From an uncultured Roseiarcus sp. (GTDB taxonomy: Bacteria; Pseudomonadota; Alphaproteobacteria; Rhizobiales; Beijerinckiaceae): a stretch of 64,000 nucleotides of DNA. The stretch is taken from NCBI GenBank assembly GCA_945957375.1, contig CAMFKX010000002.1, forward strand, positions 3,323-67,322. The letters run 5' to 3'. The notes beneath the pieces were generated by a model. That model was not told the DNA's origin, ran no database searches, and was given only the letters and a program-made list of their open reading frames with translations. Of this stretch, positions 1-10,724 are shown in pieces (the stretch's first letter is position 1; every line of letters begins with the position of its first letter). The position numbers were made by a program, and so were the translations under genes.

Positions 1-350
1 TCGCCGACGAGGATGACGAGCCTCGAGCCGGCCGCCCGAGCCTCGTCGAGCGCGCGCGTCACCAGCGCCTCTCCGATGCCCTGGCTGCGGAACACCGGCT
101 CGACGATCAGCGGCCCGAGCAGCAGCGCGGCCGCGCCGCCGATCTCGATCGGGGTCATGGCGATGGCGCCGACCAGCAGCGTGCCGACGCGCGCGACGAA
201 GCACAGGCGGCGGTCCGGGTCAGCCGCTTCGCGCAGGCGATAGGCGGTGCGGGCGAAGCGGCCGGGGCCGAACACGCGCGCGTTGAGATGCTCGATCGCT
301 TCCGCGTCGTCGGGCGTTTCGGGTTCGAGCGAGAGGGTGAGGTCGGACAT
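1..350 (-). CDS. GNAT family N-acetyltransferase (partial, runs off the window start)
   Basis: Manual translation of the minus strand from ATG at 350 gives MSDLTLSLEPETPDDAEAIEHLNARVFGPGRFARTAYRLRE...LLGPLIVEPVFRSQGIGEALV...LVILVG, with the GNAT acetyl-CoA motif RSQGIG. It is absent from the ORF track because it has no stop in the window. Confidence 0.85.
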   Translation of the reverse strand, partial: MSDLTLSLEPETPDDAEAIEHLNARVFGPGRFARTAYRLREAADPDRRLCFVARVGTLLVGAIAMTPIEIGGAAALLLGPLIVEPVFRSQGIGEALVTRALDEARAAGSRLVILVG

Positions 351-445
351 CGCGCCGGCTGTAACACGCGGCGTGGCGGCGGGTCATCCCCCGGGAGGGC
401 GCGCTTGGCTTCGCTTGCGCGGCGAGACGGCGCGCTTCCCGGCAT

Positions 446-1903
446 TCAGGTCCCGAACTCGTCGGGGTCGCGCCATTCGCGCTCGAACGGCAGGCGCCAG
501 GAATGCGGCGAGATCAACTGGTAGATCGTCTGCGGCCCCCACGAGCCGGGCGCATAGACGCGGACAGGGGGCGGGTTGTCGAGGACGCGGCTCGAAATCT
601 CCCACAGGCGTTCGATGCCCTCGGCGGTGCAAAACAGCGTGTGGTCGCCGCGCATGGCGTCGAGGATCAGCCGCTCGTAGGCCTCGAGCACGTCGTCGCC
701 GGTATCGTTGAGACGAAATTGCAGGCTCTGCTTGGCGAGGCGCATGCCTGGCCCGGGTTTCTTGCCGTAGAACGACAGCGACACGCGCGTCTGGTCGGCG
801 AGATCGAAGGTGAGGTGATCCGGGCCCTGGAAGCCGAGCCCGGAATCCTCGGGAAACATGCTGCGCGGCGGCTCCTTGAAGGCGATCGAGATGATGCGCT
901 GTCCCTGAGCCATGCGCTTGCCGGTGCGCAGATAGAACGGCACTCCGGCCCAGCGCCAATTGTCGATCCGGCACTTCAGCGCGATGAAGGTCTCGGTGTC
1001 GGATTCGGGGTCGACTCCGGGCTCCTTTCGGTAGCCGATATATTGACCGCGCACGACGTTGGCCGGATCGACGGGCAGGAGCGAGCGGAAAACCTTGTTC
1101 TTCTCCTCGCTGATCGGCCCCGGCGCGAGCGAGGTCGGCGGCTCCATCGCGACGAAGCCGAGGATCTGGAAGAGGTGGGTCACGACCATGTCGCGATAGG
1201 CGCCGGTCTGCTCGTAGAAGCCGATGCGATTGCCGATTTCGAGGGTTTCGGGGACGTCGATCTGGATGTGGTCGATGAACTGGCGGTTCCAGATCGGCTC
1301 GAACAGGCCGTTGCCGAAGCGGAACGCGAGGATGTTCTGCGCCGGCTCCTTGCCGAGGAAATGGTCGATGCGGAAGATCTGATCCTCGGAGAACATCGTG
1401 TGCAATTCGGCGTTGAGCGCGACCGCGCTCTCGAGATCGTGGCCGAACGGCTTCTCCATGATGATGCGCGATCCGGCGGAAAGGCCGGCGGCATGCACCA
1501 TCCGCAGCGCCGACAGGGCCGCGCTCGGGGGCACGCTGAGATAGTGAATGAGTTGGGCCGTCCCGCCGAGCGCCGTCGCCGCCCGGTCGACCGCCGAGGC
1601 GAGCGCCTCGGGGCCAGCCTTGATCGCAACGTAGTCGAGCGCCGTGTCGAGCGCCGGCCAGTCGCCGTCGGCCGGCGGATGGTCGTGGTGCATCGTGATC
1701 GCCTTGTGGGCGAGGGCGCGAAAGGCGTCGGCGTCGATGTCGTCGAGCGAGACGCCGATGATGCGGCACTTGGGGATGAAACCCGTGGTGATGAGGTGGA
1801 AGAGTCCCGGCAGGAGCTTGCGCTGCGAGAGGTCGCCGGTCGCCCCGAACAGCACCACGATCTGAGGCAGCTTGGGGCCGACCCCGGCCGGTACTTTCGC
1901 CAT
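446..1903 (-). CDS. zwf: Glucose-6-phosphate 1-dehydrogenase
   Basis: Motifs VLFGATGDL, EKPFG, FRIDHFLGKE and DNWRWAGVPFYLRTGK. Start moved to the ATG at 1903 (MAKVPAG); the upstream extension in the track looks non-coding. Confidence 0.95.
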   Translation of the reverse strand: MAKVPAGVGPKLPQIVVLFGATGDLSQRKLLPGLFHLITTGFIPKCRIIGVSLDDIDADAFRALAHKAITMHHDHPPADGDWPALDTALDYVAIKAGPEALASAVDRAATALGGTAQLIHYLSVPPSAALSALRMVHAAGLSAGSRIIMEKPFGHDLESAVALNAELHTMFSEDQIFRIDHFLGKEPAQNILAFRFGNGLFEPIWNRQFIDHIQIDVPETLEIGNRIGFYEQTGAYRDMVVTHLFQILGFVAMEPPTSLAPGPISEEKNKVFRSLLPVDPANVVRGQYIGYRKEPGVDPESDTETFIALKCRIDNWRWAGVPFYLRTGKRMAQGQRIISIAFKEPPRSMFPEDSGLGFQGPDHLTFDLADQTRVSLSFYGKKPGPGMRLAKQSLQFRLNDTGDDVLEAYERLILDAMRGDHTLFCTAEGIERLWEISSRVLDNPPPVRVYAPGSWGPQTIYQLISPHSWRLPFEREWRDPDEFGT

Positions 1904-2134
1904 CGCGCGTCTCCCGTCACTCGCTCGCGCCGCATCTGCGCCTGCCGGTGTGACAGTGACGCGACAGGAGGGCGCCGGCAAGACGCCGCCCGCCGCGCGG
2001 AATGGGCGCGAGCGCTTCTGCCGTTTATTGACATCGCCCACGGGTCGGCCGCCGGCGGGGAAGGTCGAGAGGCGCGTTGCGGCGATCGTCGGGCGAGATA
2101 GCGCGGTCGACGACCGCGCATCGCCGAGCCGACC

Positions 2135-3052
2135 CTAGAGGCTCCGATGCAGACGCAGGCTCGCCCAGCCTTCGAGGTCGATCCGGTCGGCGAGGTAGAA
2201 GCCCTGCGCGCGCCAGCCGGCGAGGACGCCGGGGACGTCGGCGAGCAGCAGCCCCGAGACGATGGCGTCGCCGTCGGGCGCGGTGACGGCGGCGAGGGAG
2301 GGGGCGAGCAGGCGCAGCGGCCTCGCCAGAATGTTGGCGAAGACCACGTCGTAGGGCGCGCCTTCGCGCAGGAAACGGCTTTCGACGCCGCGCGAAACCA
2401 CGGCCTTGCAGATTTCGCCGACGCCGTTGAGGCGGGCGTTGTCGTTGGCGACCGTGACCGCGACCGGATCGATGTCGCCGAGCCAGACCTTGCACTTGAG
2501 CGCCTTGGCCGCAGCGATGGCGAGCACGCCGGCGCCGCAGCCGACGTCGAGCACCCGTCCCGGCCGGCGGCGCTTGAGCAGGCGATCGAAGTGCATCAGG
2601 CAGCCGCGCGTCGTGCCGTGGTGGCCGGTGCCGAAGGCGAGGCCGGCCTCGATCTCGATGCCGATGTCGCTGACGCCGACCTTGGCCCGGTCGTGGCTGC
2701 CGTGAACCAGAAATCGCCCGGCCCGCACCGGAGCAAGACCGGCGAGCGCGTTGGCGACCCAGTCCTTCTTCTCGGTCACGCCGAAAGCCGCCGCCTCGGC
2801 CGTCTCGGCGTCGGCGGCGGCGGCGATGAGCGCGCGGACGCCGTCTTCGTCGGGCGCAAAGCCGAAATAGGCCTCGACCAGCCACGCCTTGCCGCCGCCG
2901 GGCCACGAATCCTCGGTCTCGAACGCGGCGGAGGCGGCCTCGGCCGGTTCGAAGCTCTCGACGATCAGGTCTGCGACGGCGCGCGCGCGCTTCTCGTCGG
3001 TGATCAGGGTCAGGCGATGGGCGGCATTGTTGGGGGGCAGACCTTCGAGCAT
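2135..3052 (-). CDS. prmA: 50S ribosomal protein L11 methyltransferase
   Basis: Motifs EAGLAFGTGHHGTTRGC, VLDVGCGAGVLAIAA and YDVVFANILARPL. Confidence 0.95.
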   Translation of the reverse strand: MLEGLPPNNAAHRLTLITDEKRARAVADLIVESFEPAEAASAAFETEDSWPGGGKAWLVEAYFGFAPDEDGVRALIAAAADAETAEAAAFGVTEKKDWVANALAGLAPVRAGRFLVHGSHDRAKVGVSDIGIEIEAGLAFGTGHHGTTRGCLMHFDRLLKRRRPGRVLDVGCGAGVLAIAAAKALKCKVWLGDIDPVAVTVANDNARLNGVGEICKAVVSRGVESRFLREGAPYDVVFANILARPLRLLAPSLAAVTAPDGDAIVSGLLLADVPGVLAGWRAQGFYLADRIDLEGWASLRLHRSL

Positions 3053-3156
3053 GGCGCGCCGCCTATCACGCCAGCCCCGCTCCGGCTAGCTGCGCTATCC
3101 GATGGTTCGCCCGGACCATTGCGCCGGGACGATTTCGTAGCCCATGAGGCCCTACA

Positions 3157-3753
3157 ATGGCGAGGAAAGCTGAAAAGTCGCCTGCGACCGTAGTCGGAAC
3201 ACTGTCAAGGGTCAGCGCGGGGTTCACTATCGCGGCCGCTTTCGTCACGATCTGTCTGGGGGTCAGCACCACGTTGAACACCGCCTGCAACACCTCCTTC
3301 TTGTCCAGCGCTTGCTCCGCCGGACCCGTCGCAAAGGCCGGATCAGACCTTGCTGTCCGCGAAGGGAGCGGCGTAGACCGGAGCGCGGAAAAGGCGAGCA
3401 TCCCCCGCGGCCCGGAGCCTGCGAAGGTCAAAGCAAGCGTCTGGCACCGGGACGGGGTCGCCTTCTCCGAGGTGCGCAAAGCGATGGGCGCTCTGGAGAA
3501 CGAGGGATTTCTTGTTCGGGAAGGCCCCGCGGACCTCGGGAACGTTGTGGGGGTCAAGGACCGGTCTGCCGGAAGGATCGTAGTCAAATCCATCGCGGCG
3601 CTAAGGGACGTCCGGCGCCCGGTGCAAAGTGCGCTCCAGCGTGCGTTTCCGACGAAGCCCTTCGGCGCCATTGGCGTCGTCGATGTGGACATTCCCTCCG
3701 GCGACCCCGGGGCAGTCAGCCGCGGCGGCGAAGTCCAGGTCGACATGTTCTGA
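3157..3753 (+). CDS. Hypothetical orphan protein with N-terminal hydrophobic anchor
   Basis: 198-aa ORF preceded by GAGG, with hydrophobic segment GFTIAAAFVTICLGVS. Codon usage is less GC3-biased than neighbouring genes. No family recognised, and an overlapping minus-strand ORF (3066..3746) is an alternative. Confidence 0.4.
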   Translation: MARKAEKSPATVVGTLSRVSAGFTIAAAFVTICLGVSTTLNTACNTSFLSSACSAGPVAKAGSDLAVREGSGVDRSAEKASIPRGPEPAKVKASVWHRDGVAFSEVRKAMGALENEGFLVREGPADLGNVVGVKDRSAGRIVVKSIAALRDVRRPVQSALQRAFPTKPFGAIGVVDVDIPSGDPGAVSRGGEVQVDMF

Positions 3754-3871
3754 GCTAGGCGCCGTCCAGCGTACTCTTAAGGCCAGAGTACGATGGCGAC
3801 GCCCCGATCCATCGCATGATCACCGTGATCGGCGGCGGCAATTCCGGCCCCGATCTCGCCGACCCACCCAC

Positions 3872-5995
3872 TCACCCCGCGCCGCTCTCGTGGAAGAAGT
3901 CGTAGACGAGCTTCGCCGTCGCGGCGTTCAAGCCCGGCGTCTTCTCGAGGTCGGCGAGGCCGGCGCGCGCCACCGCCTTGGCGGTTCCGAAGGCGTGAAG
4001 GAGCGCGCGCTTGCGCGCCGGGCCGATGCCGGAGATCTCGTCGAGCGGGCTCTTGACGAAGTCCTTCTTGCGCCGCGCGCGGTGCGTGCCGATCGCGAAG
4101 CGGTGCGCCTCGTCGCGCAGGCGCTGGACGAAGAACAGCGCCGGGTCGCGCGGGCTCAGCCGAAACGGCTCGCGCTCGTCCATATAGAACGTCTCGCGGC
4201 CGGCGTTGCGGTCCGGACCCTTGGCGATCGAGGCGAGCGCCACGCCCTCGATGCCGAGCGCAGTCAGAACCTCGCGCGCCGCCTCGAACTGCCCGCGGCC
4301 GCCGTCGATGATGGCGAGATCGGGCGTCTCGGGGAACGCGTCCGGGTCCTGTAGCCGCGATCGCTGATCGCGGCCGCCGCGGTCATCGACCGTGGCTACA
4401 GGCTCGCTTTCCCGGCCGCGGTCATCGACCGCGGCTACAGGGTCGCCATCCCCGTCGCGCTCATCCGGAGCGGCGACTGCCGCCTGCTTCTTCAGCCGGG
4501 CGAAGCGGCGGGTCAGCACCTCGCGCATCATGGCGTAGTCGTCGCCGGGGGTGAGGTCGGCGCTCTTGATGTTGAAGGTGCGGTAGGCGCTTTTCACGAA
4601 GCCCTCGGGCCCGGCGACCACCATCGCGCCGATCGCGTTCGTCCCCATGATGTGGGAATTGTCGTAGATCTCGACCCGACGCAGCGGCGTCTCGATCCCG
4701 AACGCCTGCGCCAGCGCGGCGAGCAGCTTTTCCTGGCTCGCGGCCTCGGCGAGCTTGCGCGACAAAGCCTCGCGGGCGTTGCGCATCGCCGCCTCGACCA
4801 GGTCGCGCTTTTCGCCGCGTCGCGGCACGCCGATCGCGATGCGGTGGCCGGCGCGGGCGCTCAGCACCTCGCACAAGGTCGCCGCGGTCGCGACCGGATG
4901 GCTCAGCAGCACCAGCCGCGGCGCCGGCCGCTCGACGTAGAACTGGCCGAGGAAGGCGTCGAGCACCTCTTCCGGACCGAGCGCCCGGTCCGCCCGGGGA
5001 AAATAAGCCCGGTTACCCCAGTTCTGGTAGGTGCGGAAGAAGAACACCTCGACGCAATATTGCCCGGCCTCCTCGGTGACGGCGAACACGTCCGCCTCGG
5101 GGATCGAGCGCGGGTTGACGCTCTGCTCGCCCTGGATCGCCGAGAGCGCGGAAATCCGATCGCGCAGGCGCGCCGCTCTTTCGAATTCGAGCGCGGCCGA
5201 AGCTTCGCTCATCTCGACCGCAAGCCGGCGGCGGATGGCGAGGCTGCGCCCCGACAGGAAGTCCTTCGCCTCCTTGACGAGTCCGGCGTACTCGTCGAGC
5301 CCGATCTCGCCCGTGCACGGGCCGGAGCAGCGCTTGATCTGATAGAGCAGGCAGGGCCGGGTGCGGTTCTCGTAGTAGCTGTCGGAACAGGTGCGCAGCA
5401 GAAACGCGCGCTGCAAGGCGTTCATGGTGCGGAAGACGGCGCCGGCGCTGGCGAACGGTCCGAAATAGTCGCCCGGAATCGAGCGCGCGCCGCGATGCTT
5501 GACCAGCCGCGCCGCGGCGCCGCTGGCGATCAGGATGTACGGGAAGCTCTTGTCGTCGCGTAGCACCACGTTGTAGCGCGGCTTGAGCTGCTTGATGAGA
5601 TTGGCTTCGAGCAGCAGCGCCTCGGCTTCCGTCTCGGTGGTGACGAACACCATCGAGCGGGTCTGCGAGACCATGCGGGCGATCCGCACCGACTGCCGCT
5701 CGGGCGTCGTGTAGGCGGTGATCCGCTTCTTGATCGAGCGCGCCTTGCCGACATAGAGCACCTCGCCCTCCGCCCCGATCATCCGGTAGACGCCCGGCCC
5801 CAGCGGCGCGTGGCGCCAGAACGCCTTGATGGCCTCGGCGCCGCGCGCCAGACTCGAGGCGTCGGCCGGCGGCTCGTCGAGCGCGATCTCGAGCGCGCCC
5901 GCGTCGGCCTCGAGCTCGCGGGCGAGCGCCGCCTCGTCCCGGGCGGCGGCCTCGGGCGTCTGGTCCGGGGGAAGGGATTTCGGCGCGCCGGTCAT
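3872..5995 (-). CDS. uvrC: Excinuclease ABC subunit C (with in-frame repeat insertion)
   Basis: GIY-YIG motif (GVYRM...YVGKA), [39 protein letters not shown] and a C-terminal HhH ([11 protein letters not shown]). Confidence 0.97.
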   Translation of the reverse strand: MTGAPKSLPPDQTPEAAARDEAALARELEADAGALEIALDEPPADASSLARGAEAIKAFWRHAPLGPGVYRMIGAEGEVLYVGKARSIKKRITAYTTPERQSVRIARMVSQTRSMVFVTTETEAEALLLEANLIKQLKPRYNVVLRDDKSFPYILIASGAAARLVKHRGARSIPGDYFGPFASAGAVFRTMNALQRAFLLRTCSDSYYENRTRPCLLYQIKRCSGPCTGEIGLDEYAGLVKEAKDFLSGRSLAIRRRLAVEMSEASAALEFERAARLRDRISALSAIQGEQSVNPRSIPEADVFAVTEEAGQYCVEVFFFRTYQNWGNRAYFPRADRALGPEEVLDAFLGQFYVERPAPRLVLLSHPVATAATLCEVLSARAGHRIAIGVPRRGEKRDLVEAAMRNAREALSRKLAEAASQEKLLAALAQAFGIETPLRRVEIYDNSHIMGTNAIGAMVVAGPEGFVKSAYRTFNIKSADLTPGDDYAMMREVLTRRFARLKKQAAVAAPDERDGDGDPVAAVDDRGRESEPVATVDDRGGRDQRSRLQDPDAFPETPDLAIIDGGRGQFEAAREVLTALGIEGVALASIAKGPDRNAGRETFYMDEREPFRLSPRDPALFFVQRLRDEAHRFAIGTHRARRKKDFVKSPLDEISGIGPARKRALLHAFGTAKAVARAGLADLEKTPGLNAATAKLVYDFFHESGAG
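4348..4441. repeat. Cluster of three GTAG-type REP-like palindromes inside uvrC
   Basis: CCTGTAGCCGCGATCGCTGATCGCGGCC at 4348-4375 (+), plus two minus-strand copies CCTGTAGCC(A/G)CGGTCGATGACCGCGGC at 4376-4402 and 4414-4441, ending 39 bp apart. Confidence 0.8.
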
Positions 5996-6194
5996 GCGCG
6001 CCTATCTAGGGCCGGCCGAAAGCCTTGGGAATAGGCGGCCGCCGACTGGGCCCAGGCTGCGGCGCGGCGCGCGTTAACCCACTTTGGCCGCTCGGGCTGG
6101 ACCGCGCGCGGCGTTGCCGCTAGCTGTCACGCTGCGTTAAGCATTTGGTAACCATCATTCCCGGCGGTCGCCGGGACGGAGCGGGAGTTCGGCC

Positions 6195-6749
6195 GTGACA
6201 GGCACCGGCGGATTGAGGAGGCGGCGGGCGGCCGCCGCGGCGCTGGCGTTTGTCGCCGCGGCCGGGCTCGGAGGGTGCGTTGAGACCGCAGGCGACGTGT
6301 CGGCGGACGCCGCGGGCTCCTATCAATTCGTGCGCCGCCCGGACGCCGCCATGTCGGGAGCGACGGTCGCGATCCTGTCGGTCGTGGGCGCCCCGGACAC
6401 GCTCGGGCAGACGTTCGACCAGGACCTCGACGCGGCGGCCGCCGAGCGCCAGATCGCGCTCGCCCCGCCAACCTCGGCGAAATATCTGGTGCGCGGCTAT
6501 CTCGACGCCGCGCGCGTGAGCAGCGGCTCGTCGGTCAGCGTCGTCTTCGACGTGTTCACCCGCGACAAGCAGCGCGCGCAACGACTGACCGACACGATCG
6601 TCGTCGCCGGTTCGGGCGACGACCCCTGGGCGATGGTCGCGCCGGCTACGCTCGCGAGCATCGCCGGCAAGGCGGCCGACGACCTCGCCGCCTACCTTTC
6701 GAACACGCCCGAAGCCGCCCCGGGAAGCGCGCTCAGCTACGCGCAATAG
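6195..6749 (+). CDS. Putative lipoprotein
   Basis: Basic N-terminus (RRRR), hydrophobic stretch and lipobox LGGC; typical host codon usage; lies upstream of prs. Confidence 0.7.
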   Translation: MTGTGGLRRRRAAAAALAFVAAAGLGGCVETAGDVSADAAGSYQFVRRPDAAMSGATVAILSVVGAPDTLGQTFDQDLDAAAAERQIALAPPTSAKYLVRGYLDAARVSSGSSVSVVFDVFTRDKQRAQRLTDTIVVAGSGDDPWAMVAPATLASIAGKAADDLAAYLSNTPEAAPGSALSYAQ

Positions 6750-6871
6750 CGCCGCTCCGGACGCGGCCGCCGCTGTAGAAAAAGTGTCATGTTGTTTGCG
6801 ACGGGCGCGGCTGCTATGAGCCGGCCCGTCCGCGCTCGCGTGGGCGCACGACGCGTTCGAGGAGATTTGCC

Positions 6872-7819
<948 letters not shown>

Positions 7820-7956
7820 CGTAGCGGCGCTGAACTCGGAAACGCCGGAACCTGTCTTGCGGGCGCGGAAACCGCCGAATAAGTTTTCCTGCGCTCTCCG
7901 CGCGAGCGGGTCCCTGACGGACCGGCGTTGACATCGCCGCCGCGGGCAGGTTGTCT

Positions 7957-7970
7957 TGACTGATTGGTCA
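7957..7970. promoter_or_regulatory. Possible operator (TGAC-N6-GTCA) upstream of the nucleoside ABC operon
   Basis: Imperfect inverted repeat TGACTGATTGGTCA about 60 bp upstream of the BMP gene; function inferred only. Confidence 0.3.
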
Positions 7971-8030
7971 GGATTCGAGGGTCAGGGCGCCTGCCGGATG
8001 TCGGCCGTCGCCACCACCGGGAGGTAGAAT

Positions 8031-9041
8031 ATGGTTACGGGCAATTTCATGCTGAGGACGGCGCTCCTCTGCGGCAGCCTTGTCGCGTCGGCTGCGGCGC
8101 TCGCCGCCGACGTCAAGCCGGCGGTGATCTATGATCTCGGCGGCAAGTTCGACAAGTCGTTCAACGAAGGCGTGTTCAACGGCGCGAGCAAGTTCAAGAA
8201 GGACACCGGCATCGATTTCCGCGATCTCGAGATCCAGAACGAGGCGCAGCGCGAGCAGGTCCTGCGCAAGTTCGCCAAGGACGGCTTCTCGCCGATCATC
8301 ATGCCCGGCTTCGCCTGGGCGACCGCGCTGACCAAGGTCGCCGACGAATATCCCAACACCAAGTTCGGCATCATCGACATGGTGGTCGACAAGCCGAACG
8401 TGCAGTCGATGGTGTTCAAGGCCGAGGAAGGCTCGTTCCTGGTCGGCGTGATCGCGGCCGAGACGTCGAAGTCCGGCAAGGTCGGCTTCGTCGGCGGCAT
8501 GGACATTCCGCTGATCTCGGCGTTCGAGTGCGGCTACGCCCAGGGCGTCAAGTACGACACCGGCGGCAAGGGCGAAGTCATCGCCAACATGACCGGCACG
8601 ACCCCCGCTGCCTGGAACGATCCGGTCAAGGGCGGCGAACTCGCCAAGTCCCAGATCGGCCGCGGCGCGGACATCGTCTACGCCGCCGCCGGCTCGACCG
8701 GGCAGGGCGTGCTCAAGGCTGCGGCGGACGCGGGCAAGTTCGGCATCGGCGTCGATTCCAACCAGAACGGCCTGTTCCCCGGCAAGATCCTGACTTCGAT
8801 GCTCAAGCGCGTCGACGTCGCGACCTATGATTCGTTCAAGGCCGCCAAGGACGGAACCTGGAAGCCGGGCATCCAGGTGTTCGGCCTGAAGAACGACGGC
8901 GTCGGCTACGCCGTCGACGACAACAACAAGGCGATCCTGTCCGACGCCGCCAAGAAGAAGGCCGAAGCGGCCAAGGCCGACATCATCGCCGGCAAGATCC
9001 AGGTGCACGACTACATGTCGGACAACAAGTGCCCGCTTTGA
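8031..9041 (+). CDS. BMP family ABC transporter substrate-binding protein (nucleoside/purine)
   Basis: Signal peptide, GGKFDKSFNE, GFVGGMDIPLI, AIGVDSNQN-like FGIGVDSNQN, TSMLKRVD. Confidence 0.9.
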   Translation: MVTGNFMLRTALLCGSLVASAAALAADVKPAVIYDLGGKFDKSFNEGVFNGASKFKKDTGIDFRDLEIQNEAQREQVLRKFAKDGFSPIIMPGFAWATALTKVADEYPNTKFGIIDMVVDKPNVQSMVFKAEEGSFLVGVIAAETSKSGKVGFVGGMDIPLISAFECGYAQGVKYDTGGKGEVIANMTGTTPAAWNDPVKGGELAKSQIGRGADIVYAAAGSTGQGVLKAAADAGKFGIGVDSNQNGLFPGKILTSMLKRVDVATYDSFKAAKDGTWKPGIQVFGLKNDGVGYAVDDNNKAILSDAAKKKAEAAKADIIAGKIQVHDYMSDNKCPL

Positions 9042-9052
9042 GGTCTGGATCG

Positions 9053-9138
9053 CTGTAGGGCGGGGTCGCTGACCTCGTCCGCGGCCCGCCTGCTTGCGGA
9101 CGCCGGAACCCGTCGGGGCGCGGTCGTAGACCGCGCCC
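9053..9138. repeat. REP-like element plus second hairpin in the SBP-ATPase intergenic region
   Basis: CTGTAGGGCGGGGTCGCTGACCTCGTCC at 9053-9080, and a perfect hairpin GGGCGCGGTC-GTA-GACCGCGCCC at 9116-9138. Confidence 0.65.
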
Positions 9139-9179
9139 TCAAGCGCCGAAGGCGACCGCTGAGAGGCAAGGAGCGACGT

Positions 9180-10724
9180 GTGACCTCTGCGGCCGGCATG
9201 GCGCCTCCCGCCATCGAACTGATCGGCATCGACAAGAGTTTCGGCCCGGTTCACGCCAACCGGAACGTCAATTTGCGCGTCGAGCGCGGCCTGATCCACG
9301 GCATCGTCGGCGAGAACGGCGCCGGCAAGTCGACGCTGATGTCGATCCTCTACGGCTTCTACGAGGCCGACGCCGGCGAGATCCGGGTCAACGGCGAGCG
9401 GGTGCGCATCCGCTCGTCGCGCGAGGCGATCGACTGCGGCATCGGCATGGTGTTCCAGCATTTCATGCTGGTGCCGCCGCTGAGCGTGCTCGAGAATGTG
9501 ATGCTCGGCGCGGAGGGCGGCGCGCTGCTCGCCCGCGGCGCGAGCGCCATCCGCAAGCGGCTCGGCGAGCTCGGCGCGGAATACGGCCTCGAGGTCGATC
9601 CCGACGCAATCGTGGGGGAACTGTCGGTCGGCCTGCAGCAGCGCGTCGAAATCCTCAAGGCGCTGGTGCGCGGCGCCGAGATCCTGGTGCTCGACGAGCC
9701 GACCGCGGTGCTGACGCCCTCCGAGGCCGACCAGCTCTTCGAGATGCTGAGAGTGCTGAAGGGCCAGAACAAGACCATCGTGTTCATCACCCACAAACTG
9801 CGCGAGATCATGAGCCTCACCGACCGCGTGTCGGTGATGCGGCGCGGCGAGATGGTCGCGACCTTCGACACCGCCGACACCTCGCCGCCGGAGCTGGCCG
9901 ACGCCATGGTCGGGCGCAAGGTGATCCTCAAGATCGACAAGGGGCCGGCTCATCCGGGCCGGGTGGCGCTCGAGGCGCGCGACCTGGTGGTGCGCGACGA
10001 CCGCGGCGTGGTGCGCGTCGACGGCGTGTCGTTCGAGCTGCGCGAGGGCGAGATCCTCGGGGTCGCCGGCGTCGCCGGCAACGGCCAGTCGGAGCTGCTC
10101 GAAGCGCTCGCCGGCATCCGTCCGCTGAACGGCGGCGAGATCCTGATCGACGGCAGGCCGCTCGCGGCGGCCCAGCGCAATCCGCACGACGAACGGCTGA
10201 TCGGCGTCGGCCACGTGCCGGAGGATCGCCACCGGGTCGGCCTGATCATGCCGTTCGAGGCCTGCGAGAGCGCGATGCTCGGTTTCCAGCACGAGACGAC
10301 CTACGGCGCCGGCCTTCTCTACGACCGCAAGGCGATCATCGCCGACGCCGACCGCAAGATGGAGGCGTTCGACGTGCGCCCGCGCGCCCCGCTGCTCAAG
10401 ACCGCCAATTTTTCCGGCGGCAACCAGCAGAAGCTGGTGCTCGCGCGCGAGATCGAGCGCAATCCGAAGATCATGCTGGTCGGACAGCCGACCCGCGGCG
10501 TCGACATCGGCGCCATCGAGTTCATCCACAAGCGCATCGTCGCCCAGCGCGACGCCGGCAAGGCGGTGCTGCTGGTGTCGGTCGAGCTCGACGAGATCTT
10601 CGCGCTGTCCGACCGCATCATCGTGCTGTGCGGCGGGCGGGTGACCGGCGAGCGCCGGCCCGAGGACACCAACGCGCGCGATCTCGGCCTGCTGATGGCC
10701 GGCGTCAGCGATCACGCCGCATGA
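9180..10724 (+). CDS. Nucleoside/sugar ABC transporter ATP-binding protein (two NBDs)
   Basis: Walker A GENGAGKST, LSVGLQQRVEI, LVLDEPT and a second signature FSGGNQQK. Confidence 0.93.
   Translation: MTSAAGMAPPAIELIGIDKSFGPVHANRNVNLRVERGLIHGIVGENGAGKSTLMSILYGFYEADAGEIRVNGERVRIRSSREAIDCGIGMVFQHFMLVPPLSVLENVMLGAEGGALLARGASAIRKRLGELGAEYGLEVDPDAIVGELSVGLQQRVEILKALVRGAEILVLDEPTAVLTPSEADQLFEMLRVLKGQNKTIVFITHKLREIMSLTDRVSVMRRGEMVATFDTADTSPPELADAMVGRKVILKIDKGPAHPGRVALEARDLVVRDDRGVVRVDGVSFELREGEILGVAGVAGNGQSELLEALAGIRPLNGGEILIDGRPLAAAQRNPHDERLIGVGHVPEDRHRVGLIMPFEACESAMLGFQHETTYGAGLLYDRKAIIADADRKMEAFDVRPRAPLLKTANFSGGNQQKLVLAREIERNPKIMLVGQPTRGVDIGAIEFIHKRIVAQRDAGKAVLLVSVELDEIFALSDRIIVLCGGRVTGERRPEDTNARDLGLLMAGVSDHAA

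Noticed and set aside
3066-3746. Minus-strand 226-aa ORF as the real gene
   Set aside because: It is Ser/Thr/Pro/Arg-rich with no clear RBS or domain-like pattern. The plus-strand ORF has an RBS and a signal anchor. Not fully excluded.
4348-4441. CRISPR-like repeat array
   Set aside because: Only three short palindromes in mixed orientation, with no unique 30-40 bp spacers and no cas genes; they fit REP elements.
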